From contig NMRA01000775.1 of the NCBI GenBank assembly GCA_002633005.1, positions 62,001 through 126,000 of the forward strand: a DNA stretch of 64,000 nt. Reading direction: 5' to 3'. Both the position numbers and the translations under genes were made by a program. The notes below the pieces were generated by a model. It had not been told where the DNA came from and ran no database searches. It saw nothing but the letters and a program-made list of their open reading frames with translations. Of the stretch, positions 1 to 10,829 are shown piece by piece (position 1 is the first letter of the stretch; every line of letters begins with the position of its first letter). This stretch comes from Phoronis australis (taxonomy: Eukaryota > Animalia > Phoronida).

Positions 1-287
1 ACAGATTTTCTTTTGTTTCAAAAGGCAAAGAATTATGCAAGAAAATGACGGTTATTAAATTGTTTTTCACTCAAACGGCTGCAACGGGCAAGGTGAGTGT
101 CGGTTGATTCCCAGATTTTGCATGCACCTCACCGATCGTTAGTTCTACATGTTGATATAAATTTCACGAGGAAGTTAGGATCAGAACCACCCGGGCCGTG
201 TGAAATTTAGGGATCAGACGGGGCTTAACACACGGACTACTAAGTTGTATTTTGACGATAGTCTTTATACAGCTAGCTGGCCTAACC
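1..287 (+). repeat. Interspersed repeat copy (pairs with 2245-2532)
   Basis: Shares tgtttttcact(c/t)aaacggctg(c/t)aacgggcaaggtgagtgtcgg...atacagctagctggc with 2245-2532. Confidence 0.8.
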
Positions 288-2077
288 CGCAGTATCATTG
301 ATAACTACATTTTGTCCGGCGGTCATGTTCAGTCTCCGGCAGTCCTGTTTTGTGGTGGGGCGGTCATGTTTTTAGGTGCGTCGGTCCCATTTTCTGGTGC
401 GGCGGTCCCATTTGATCCCCGTAGGTCCTGTTTTGTGGTGATTCCGTCTGATTTGGAGCACAGGCACTTGAGGTTATCTGTTCCTCGATCACGACTGACG
501 TCACTCACTACTAAGAAAACATAAAAGGTTGGACACTCGAAATCTGTTTGCTCAGAATTTTCTACTCAAATGTGCATGGAACTGACGCCGCGAAACTAGC
601 ATCGAACAAATCTTTGAATACCTTGTTTCATTTGATCTCTTCAAATTTCCTTCGAGTGATGATTTGAAGACAAAAATGTCAAAAAAACGCCAAAATCACA
701 AATTCAAGGACCTTATTTTGTGACGTAAGACGTTCATGGCAGACAAACTTCGAGAATCCGGGTTCTTGGCGGACGCTCCCGACGCAATTCCGGAGCTGTT
801 TTCGCGCGCCCACGAATGTTATTTGAGTGCCCTCCACATAATTTATTAGCAGTTTGAATGTAATTAAACTCTGATTATGCAAAACAACCGTGGTACCACG
901 GTTGCTGGCTTCTAACGCTGGCCAATTGCGAAATCCGGCATTTACCGATGGTGATTTACCGCGACTAAGCGTACGTGTGGTCAGACATCAGAAATGTCCG
1001 CCAAAAACCGAGTGTTTGGTTGTGCACATAATATCAAGATCAAACACAAGACACGCCGGTTCTTGCAATTAAATTCTAGATTAAGGGTTAAAATGAGCTA
1101 TAAGAAGAAACAAATTACACTTAAGTGGAAGGTTAATTTTGAATCTCAATCATTGAAATTGGGGATAAATTTCTTGACTTTGACATATGGGTTGCTTGCT
1201 CAAACTCGAAATTTTATCTTCGACAGGCGCACAAGTTAAACCACAACTGAAATCCCCGTGTTAACTACTTTAGGTCCTTGAATTCAGAGTTTTGAGTTTA
1301 TTTTGAAAATTTCGTCACTACTCGCAAGGATAATTCATTGGAATCAAGGAAAGATAAGGCTTCGAAGGTTTATGCAATACCAAAATGAGGGAGGTTTTAT
1401 TTGGATTTGGGACAGTTGATGTTGGGAGCCTCGGCTCGGCAAAGTTTTAGTGTTCAACCTTTATGTTTCTTATATATGGTTATGAGTCATCGGGAAATTC
1501 GAGCTCCTGTGAATAGGAGGACCGGCGGTCATGTTTTGGATCCGCCGGTCATGTTGTTTCTCAACCGTGCGACTAGCCCCTTGGCATTACATCTATAATG
1601 TCCTTTTCGGCAATCGATGTCAAGCTTATAAACTGCTCGGGTGGCAGACAACTCTACGCGGCCCTTTTGACGTTATAAACACCTTGTGATAGCCTTGGTA
1701 CAAAGCTGTATACTAAATATACAGCTTTGCACCAATGTGAGTAAAAAAGTGGTAAAATAAAATCTGACGCAAAATTAGTGTCATTAAAAACTACAATCTT
1801 CCTTGAGTAAACTAAATAATATAACACTGTTGAAAAAAACGGCGTTCTAGCGTTATTCTGCTGCTAAAGTTGTGGAGCGATCTTTAGCCACGACTTTCGC
1901 GCCATGAAATATTGCGTCACCTGTTGGCCATTTCTTTTTTCGCCAATTCTTCAATCAACTGTTCTTTCACGAGGTTGCGTACACGTCTCAACAAATTATC
2001 GGAACTGGTTGAACTTCATTGTAAGGTTTTAGAATTTTGATACCGAAAAACCGAATTTCAGAAGAAATTTTGCAGCC

Positions 2078-2223
2078 GCCAAGCTATCATCATCTCCTAA
2101 GAGATGTCGCAAAAATTTAGGAATTGGCGCGTGCGCGTGACACGAGCGTAGCCAAGCTATCATCATCTCTCGAGAGATGTTACAAAAACTTAGGAAATGG
2201 AGCGTTCGCGTGACACGAGCGTA
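2078..2223 (+). repeat. Tandem duplication, 2 x about 73 bp
   Basis: gccaagctatcatcatct...gcgtgacacgagcgta occurs twice. Confidence 0.85.
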
Positions 2224-2244
2224 CTGTTTTCAAAACGACGACAT

Positions 2245-2532
2245 ACTTTCCAATGTTAGAAAAGGCGGAGAGTTACGCAAGAAAATGAAGTTCATTGTTT
2301 TGTTTTTCACTTAAACGGCTGTAACGGGCAAGGTGAGTGTCGGCTGATTCCCAGATTTTGTATGCACACCGCCTGGTCTTTAGCTTTACATGTTGAAACA
2401 AGTTTCACGGCGAGGTGACGAGCAGAACTACCTTGGCTGTGTGCAATTTCGGGGTCCACGGAAAAAATACACACAGTGGCACCTAGCTGTTTTTTGACGA
2501 CAGTCTTCATACAGCTAGCTGGCTGACTAACC
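2245..2532 (+). repeat. Interspersed repeat copy (pairs with 1-287)
   Basis: Diverged direct repeat of 1-287. Confidence 0.8.
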
Positions 2533-3264
2533 TTGCGATAACTTCGTTAGCCTGAAATCGCTAGTCAATAACCTTTTTTCAGGTTGAGCAACGAAGCTAA
2601 CGGAAAAGTTCAAGTTAAATTCATTTTTACGTCAACGCAACTCTACTGTCGGGTTTAATTCAGCGTTGACCCACGGCTAGAAAGTATCACTCTTAAATCA
2701 CGGTTGTAAATTGGCGCTAAAATAACGGCGGTCACTAATAACGCTTGTAATTTACGCTCGTTATTAACGAAAGTGGATTACGCTATTGCCTGTTAAGCAT
2801 GAAAAATGTATTTGAACACCATTAACTATATGTAATAGGAACACTTATATCGTTTTTCATGACCACTCGATTCAAGCTTTGTTGTAATAACATGATTTGT
2901 TGATAACAACTTCAGCCCAGGTATAAATTGTAAACACTTTTTCTGCTGGTAAGGGGGCGTTCACATATTGCGTCACCCAAAACTTGACACTTTTTACCCC
3001 CCTGTCTCCCTCTTTGTCATCACAATATAACCCCCGTCCGCTATCTAATTACGTCACCACAGCCACCCATCCCCCCGTTTTTGGAAGGCGTGGCAGTCCG
3101 TTGAAGATTTTGTCTTTGTGATTCTACAAACTAATGTTGAATTTGCCGTTGTTGTATTCAAAATGAAATAATTTACGTGATTTCAACTATCAAACATAAT
3201 GAATATTTTTATGCCTAAGTGCTTCAGAGGAGTGAGGATAGGGTTTGGAAAACAAAACGTCTAA

Positions 3265-4460
3265 GGAAGGGCGACCTTTTGTATGCGCCATGTGGGTTCA
3301 TATTGTCGTCATCTCTGTCCGGGCGCCCTGCGTCCACTTCTGTATTTTCAGAAATGCCTCGCGGGATCTTAATGAGATTGGGCAGATGAGTTCTTAATGA
3401 AGCATACGACAGACGACGAGAACTTTCGGCCCAATCCGACGATGCTCTGCCCCTAGTTGCAGTTATAGTTTTCATGTTTGCCTCCCTATCTTTGAAGTTC
3501 CACGATAGATCTTCAAGAAATTTGGCAACGCCTTCTGATTTTTAACAGACTTTACGTATTCTGCACTACCTGGAAACCATATTCTAATGTTTTTGAAAAC
3601 GTTTTTGTCGCCCGCCTCTCTATCCCCACAAACCAGGTAAAAGATCATTATGAACATTGAAAGATTTGTTCCTCATGAGAAAACCGCACCTGACATTGAT
3701 TTTCGGAAGGGTTTCACTTCTCTGGCGCCCCCTGCAGGCTGTAGTTGCAATTTTTGCGTTCATAACTGTATCTCCTTAACTCTTTGGAGGATCTTTTTGA
3801 AATTTAGAAGATGTGTTCCTATGGAGATGGCAACAGATATCGAAGAGTTTCGGACCAACCCAACAATATCTGTGCTCCTTAGTGGTAGTTTTATTTTTTA
3901 CGTTTGCCTCTGTTATTTAAATTCATGGGTGGATTTTCGTGAAATTTGGCAAATATGTTTCATTTTTGAGCGATCGACACATTCTATGCCACCTAGTGGT
4001 CATTTTGTGTTATTTGGAGTCCGTTTTTGGCGTCCAACTCTTTATTTTCCAAATTGCTCAAAGGATCATAGCTAAACTCAGCTGTTGCATTTCTGATGAG
4101 AAGCCCATGGCTGATGTTGATTTGCTGACCGGTCTGACAACTATAGCAACCCCTAGTGGTAATTTTGTAGTTTTGCGATCATGCCTGTACTCCTGGTTCG
4201 TTTGCAGGATCTTTGTAGGTGCTTTTTTATAAATGTGATAATGACTAACCGCGACTTTTTGAACGATTCTGGCTACCCTTGTGCCTCCTATTGTCAATTT
4301 TAGTTTCTATGTTTGCCTCTCTATCTTTGAAGTCCCTTAGAGGGTTTTCAGGAAATTTGTCAAATAGTTTTGTGTTGTAGATACTATGTCTTAACAATTT
4401 TGGACAGGTTCGACGTATTCTGTGCTGCTATCTAATAGTCATTTGTATGATATTAAAAAC
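3265..4460 (-). mobile_element. Non-autonomous HINE/Helentron-like repeat with about 140-bp internal subunits
   Basis: Recurrent gtttgcctc...gaaatttggcaa and ccctagtggt motifs; reverse-complement similarity to 27109-27797, including the gtcatctctgtc end. Family assignment is inferred. Confidence 0.6.
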
Positions 4461-5130
4461 ACCCCTAGAAGCATGACAATTAAAACGTCCATACAAAAAC
4501 TTGCTCCACGTTTCGCAGTCCTGTTCTGCCCCTTTCAATTTGCCATGAGTTACACCAACTCGTCATGATTAAAAACAAGGAACGACAAAATTTAGTTTTA
4601 AAATGTACAAAATGCTCCTATGTGATCTTAGAAATTGAAATTGGGATTAATTATTGTAAATTAAGTATGGAAAAAACGATAATATGGAAATTACAAAGGG
4701 TGAAAATGAATTCGTCATAAGTCTGCAGAAGACCTGTCCGTTGACATGAAATGCAGTTTAAAAACAACAAAAATCTCTCTTGTTATCTTCCGATTTGCGT
4801 GGACTCTAGACAGGTGAAAAAACGTACATCAGAGTAAAAGCACGGATTGGACTCTTCACGACACGTGATCATCTTGATTGCACTAGAAATCGTCAAGCCG
4901 GACGGGTAATTGTTGTACAGCAGGAACCGAAACGTTGGCGATAAAAACACCGCAACGCTATGACATCAACCATGGCTGTGAGTGGCATAAAGCTTCAAAA
5001 GTTATCCGCTGGATACGTTTGATTGTTGAATGACGTCAGGTGCATTGCTCAACAATAACAACGTGAGGCGTGATATGCTACGTCATTGTTGTTATACGGC
5101 GTATACATGTAACTCTTATGCAACTGGGAC

Positions 5131-5384
5131 CAGGGGCCTGTTCCAAGAAACTGACTTAAGTTCATTTTTGACTTAAGTTTAAGATTTGTCTTAAATTCCA
5201 AACTTTGCAACTTCCACATTCGGTAAGTTAGTCAAAATTAAGACAAAACGTATGTCACACACTTAAGTTGAACTTAAGATCTCTTTCTTGAATTGGTTTT
5301 GAGACAAATTTAACTTGTATTTTAAAATTTACTAAAATTTAAGATTTGTCTTAGCTAAGTCTGTTTTGTTGGAACGGGCCCTAG
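5131..5384. mobile_element. MITE (family shared with 31732-31980)
   Basis: Ends caggggcctgttccaagaaactgactta ... taagtctgttttgttggaacgggccctag; internal gacttaag/agacaaat repeats. Confidence 0.75.
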
Positions 5385-5452
5385 ATCTTTGCCTGGTATT
5401 TTTCCAAACACGTTGGCACAATTTCACAACATGCCCACTTAACTACATGCCT

Positions 5453-5640
5453 TGATACGTCGTAAAATGTAACAATTTCATTAAATGTAACACTGTTACA
5501 TTTTTTGTTACACTTTACGTCATTGTTACATTTTACGTTGCTGAGCCTCTCCTAAAATGTAACAAGTTGTTACATATTACGTAATTGTTACATTTTATGT
5601 CGAATGCGCACGTGAGAAATGTAACATTGATACATTTCAT
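5453..5640 (+). repeat. Left arm of AAATGTAACA-rich inverted repeat
   Basis: tgatacgtcgtaaaatgtaacaatttc...; reverse complement of 8610-8795. Confidence 0.8.
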
Positions 5641-8609
5641 GAAACCAACGTCATATCGCAAAGTAAATGACCAAAATCACGAACAAGTGTTATTTGACAC
5701 GGCCGGAGGGCCCTCGAGTATTTTTGGACGAGAAGTGCCCACTTAGAGAATGGGCTCGGACAAAAAGTGATCCATTTAGAGAATAATATTGTGTGTAAAA
5801 ATTCACATTTTCGCATAGTTCTGTAACAAAAATTCAGAAACGGCACCCTGTAGATAGTATTTTGTCGAAATGGCACACAATATATGCATAGCAAAGTGCT
5901 AATACATGGACACCATGGTCCTGGCTCAAAGATTTTAAATTCACCTCCTTTCAGTAGTATAGCTCAATGTTTTCACCGAGCCTCGCATAATAGACATTGG
6001 GTGAAGTTTCAAAAGTATTTTAAAGGGGTTCCAATGTTCAGCCTTAACGACGTTGTGAGAAACGTCTTGACAGCACTGAATGTAAAGTAGGCCTATAACT
6101 CCGGCTTTGGAAACGAGGAGGTTGAGATTTATAGTGTTGTTTAGACGTTCGCCAACTTCAAAAATTGATCATTTCTGAACTATCGGCAAGCACGGTATTG
6201 TTTGTGATATATTTATGTCTCTCTGTAGTTTGCCACGAAGAACTGAATTCGGACAGTAATATTTTACTTGCGACTTGCATCTAAACGTTAGGATGCCCAT
6301 CGTGTTATCATTTTTGTCTCTTGTTGAAAACATTCCTTTTCAAAGAACTCGGGCTCGTTCCACCATATATTATAGAGAACAGATTCACAACTCCGACATT
6401 TTCTCTATAGAGGCGGCGCCACTCCAGTAAATTACCAATTTCATTTTCCGGTTAGTGTATTGTGACGCGAAACACTCGCATTTATTTTAGTGTGAAGTAC
6501 AACGGAACAAAAATTATTTCGGCTTTGAAACGCTGTTCACAGTCTTCCAATACTAGAATTGTTGATATCGTGTGCACTTATGGCACCCGACCACACAACA
6601 GCCGACCATGATTAGCAAACGACGTACTTGCCAGAAGTAAAACTTGGTGATTTTGCCAGGTATCGCTAGTGAATAGTGACGCCACGGCTTATGCGTAAGA
6701 TCCCAGATTTAGTCCATTGAAAATATACAGAGGTGGCGGTCCATGTAGTTTAGTTTACAAGTATCGTTCCACGATGATGTGTAAGTTCAACTCTGGAGGC
6801 AGATATATTTTGAGAACTGGCAACTAGTCAATTATGGCTGCTTTCACCGGGTCATTAGAATGGCTGGTAAAGGACATACAAAACACGCACCAATTTTATG
6901 TGGAACGGCCCCCTATATCTTAGAAGAACACACTGATTTAACTGAGTGATTTGAACTAGGTTTCGTTGAAAGTAGTTCGTATGAAACAAAAACGGCCAAC
7001 GTCGAAGTCACCGATGTTTAACATGCACTTGCGAATTCCTAAGTTTCTTTTATTTTTTGGCAAATTTTTTAAATGCTTCACTCAGACTGTTCGCGCGTTA
7101 GGTTGCATGTTTTCCTTAGTAAAAGAAACAGTTTTAAATGTAACGATTTTTTACTTGAAAAGAGACAGCAAAGATGGAAACAGCGGTAACTGTGCATTGA
7201 ACTTATAACATCACCTGAAAATAGTTAAATCACAACAATATTTGATATTGCAGTTACCGAGGGATCGGCGCCTGAGTTGCAGACGATATAATATCTAGCA
7301 ATTGAAAACTAAGACAGAACTGTCTTGTAATTAACAATCCTGTTCCAGATGTTACGATTGGGAAATGTTGCATGTTGAGTGTTATTTACACTGCTGCAAT
7401 TGTATTACTTTAAACTATTTTCGGAAAGTGTGATGATCGAAGCGGCTAACATGTCGAGTCGACATTAGCCTTTCTTTTGAACTTTCCATGTCAGAGGTCA
7501 CTGTTGAAGTAGTGCAGGAGGTGAATACGGAAAACATTATTACATGGCCATATAGCACTCGACTGATTCAACGCGTAATGGATAATATACCAAATCCCCT
7601 TATCTGCTTACAACCACACATGTTGTTGACAGCGAGCTACAACACCAAAATGGCGCCTCGTGAGACATGTGGCTTCACGTCCATTAATAATAGAATGTCC
7701 AATCTTTGTCAGTATCTATATGTGCTTCGGACTAACGAATGTTGATAAAATAACAATTTTAATTGGAATTTTATCTTAAGATTTTTTGACATATCTATAA
7801 ATTCGAGCTGGCGCATTTGACAGAAGTTCATTCAAACAATTCGAGACAAATACCTTGGCAACTCATGAAATATGACTTCGGTTTCGTAAATAAAGTATCC
7901 TACAGTCGTCTCAGGTTTATGGCATTGGCAAAACCTCTTAGAAATTTCGTCAAAATCCCGAGACGTAGGTTTTGTGTTCTCGAATGAACCACAAAATCAA
8001 TCTTTTTTTGCTGAAAAAACTCGACGTGTCTAAAACTTTCAACCACATGACGCAACTTTTGTAAAAACACGCTTACGCAATGTAAAGCAATTCAGCTACT
8101 TTTTGTCAATAGTTTTATTAAGCTTAACATTCAGCTTCAGCTTTCGTGGCAAATAATCAAGTTAGAATATAATAAATAGTTTTTGAAGTTGTGATATTAA
8201 AAATTAAAAAATGTTCATAAATAACAGTCAGCGTGAGCACTGAATTGACCTTGAGACAGCACAGCTACACTGTTTCGCCGAGTTTCTTTAGTTGGAGCTC
8301 GTCTCTGTTTGAATGAGCGTTGACACGGAAATCGCCACCGAAAATGGGCCCTTTTAAGAAGTTGTTTGCAGGTCCTTCCAACTGGGAGTACGTACACTTG
8401 CGACACCCGACTTGTCAATCATAACCTTGCCACCTCCTCGGAATTTCGGCATTGTTTGGTTGGAGCGCGTTTGGTTGTTGTAGTGTTTTGTAGACGATAA
8501 AATGTAAGGCGTGCGGATTTCTACTTTGCACTACTTTGTGATTCACCCATGTAATAAAAAAATGTGTACTCGGTGTTATTAAACAGTCGTGTCGTAACAA
8601 TTTACAGGT

Positions 8610-8795
8610 CATGTGAGAAAATGTAACAATGGTACATTTCTCGTATGTGCGTGCATTCGACGTAAATTGTAACAATTACACAAATGTAACAACTTGTTGC
8701 ATTTTAGGAGAGGCCTAGCAACGTAAAATGTAACAGTGACGTAAAATATCACAGTTAATAAATTTTACGAAATTGTTACATTTTACGGCGTATCA
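8610..8795 (-). repeat. Right arm of AAATGTAACA-rich inverted repeat
   Basis: ...gaaattgttacattttacggcgtatca; shares ttttaggagaggc/gcctctcctaaaa with the left arm. Confidence 0.8.
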
Positions 8796-10829
8796 CGCCT
8801 ACATATTTGCTAGCCGTTCCGAAAGGCTATGCCACAAAAAGTCAAAGAAATCTTTCCATATTTTCCCAAAACTGATCAAACAAAAATTAATGAGAACATT
8901 TAAAAACAAGAATAAATTATGTACAAATAAACATATCAATAAAGAAATGGAAATTATGATAAATAAGGTGAAAGACTTAAACAACAACAGCAGACAACAC
9001 AAGCTTCTTTTTTGAATAGTATATGAATATCTAAGAGAGTTGAAATTTGAATACATTGCGTTAATGAGATATTGTCGGGTTTTATTGCAACAAGAGCAAA
9101 GTTTGCATTATACCCGCATCCGTCTGGTGGATATATTTTTGAAGCTCTTTCATATACACACAATTCTGTCCAAAAATATCACCATTTATTTGTTTGATGT
9201 TACAGTACCAGTTCCCGCATATTAGCAAAATTTCGCACAATTGATTTTTTCAGCCAAATTTGAGCTCCATCTAGCGTGACCTCATTGAAATCCTTTTCAA
9301 TGAAAGCTTCATTTCCAAGTTCAGGTTTGAATTTCGATTACTCGCTTGCCTCGAGACTTCATGTTTAGTTTACATAGAAATTTCAAAAAGTAAATTTGAT
9401 TTAAAGCCAACAACAATTGATCAAAACACATATTGAGACTTTGGAACCCAGCAATTCTTTCGTTGTTATTCCAGCGACTGTTGTATTATATTTTGGCTTT
9501 TAAAATGAAAAGTTTCTCTAAAAAAACGTGGTTGCGCGAAAATACCCCAGTCCCTGATTCTCTTTTGTTTCAAGAACTGCACTTTTATTTCACTATTTGA
9601 ACAGCGTAATACGCAATCTTGTTGCACGAGTTCTGTATAAGAGATATACCGCTCTTACCTTATCTGTGACTGTTTTGACCCATGCGCCTATAATCAAGGT
9701 ATAACGTTTTTCTATTTTTCAGAGGGTTTTCGCATATACATCTGAAGTGCCAATTCCGCTATTCTTTGCTCACAGGCATGTCTAAATTTGGTAATCTTTG
9801 TATGCCTTGTGACTATTCGTAGTGTTTTTATTTACATAGTTCACGATTAATGGAGAACACGCCAAGATCGAAGCTTCATTCACGTTTTGTTTTAAAAACT
9901 TGCCCCAGCCGGGTATTCGTAAACTGTTTCCCGTAATGTTCAAAAATCACCACGAAGTCCATAGACATCATGCGTGTTCCCACGCGCACTTGTGCATGTG
10001 CGCCATGAAGTCATCGGTAATACTAGACAATACCATCGCCTCAACCATAGGATCTCCGTACGCCGGAAGTTTTTTTGCGAATTATTCCCGATACTGATTA
10101 AACCATCAAAATCATATTCCTGTAAGTACCTTTTGCATATAGAGGGACATTTTTGGAGGCCGTTGATGTCTTTAACTCTTCCCAGTTTGAGCAAATACAC
10201 CCGCAATCAAACTTTCATTTTCTCCGTATGTACAGTAGTCATTTGAAATTGCGCCATGAGCGATTCAGTGTTTGTAGAGAAATACAACATAATTTTTCTT
10301 TTATAAGATGCACCCAGTATTTTCAGCTTAGTAACATGCACCCAGTGTTGCTCTGATAGTCTATAGTCGTGACAGATTTCTCCGCCAATGGTCGGTTCCA
10401 GATTATGCAAATTACTACTGTTCGGTTGTTCAAGTGGTCTTGAACACAGCTCTTTTCATGCAGATAAGTTCTAGGCTGAAAGTTTGTTCAACAAGCAACT
10501 CAGTTCTGGCGTGCGTTCAGTAGACGCTAGGACCTACGCTAGGACCTAGCTAAAACCTAGTCAAAGTCACGTGTTCTTATTTAAAATCCGCGGCAATATC
10601 TCACGTAATCTCGCGAAGTCTTGCTTTTTAGCGAGGTCCTGGCGTTAGTGAACGGGAGGCTGGCTGTCTTCTTTTGAACTATGGCATGTGTGTTGCCGTG
10701 TTCGTGCACTGGGCTGGAAAGATGATTAAATTGTTTTTGTTTTTGTTTTGTGGAGTTCGTGTGCGTATGAATGCGTTGTTTGGAATCGGATATGGTCACT
10801 GGTACGCAATGTTTGATAATAGAATATTG

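Noticed and set aside
9940-10206. GH18 chitinase (LQEYDFDGL resembles FDGLDxDxE)
   Set aside because: The catalytic DxDxE is absent and the surrounding sequence does not fit.
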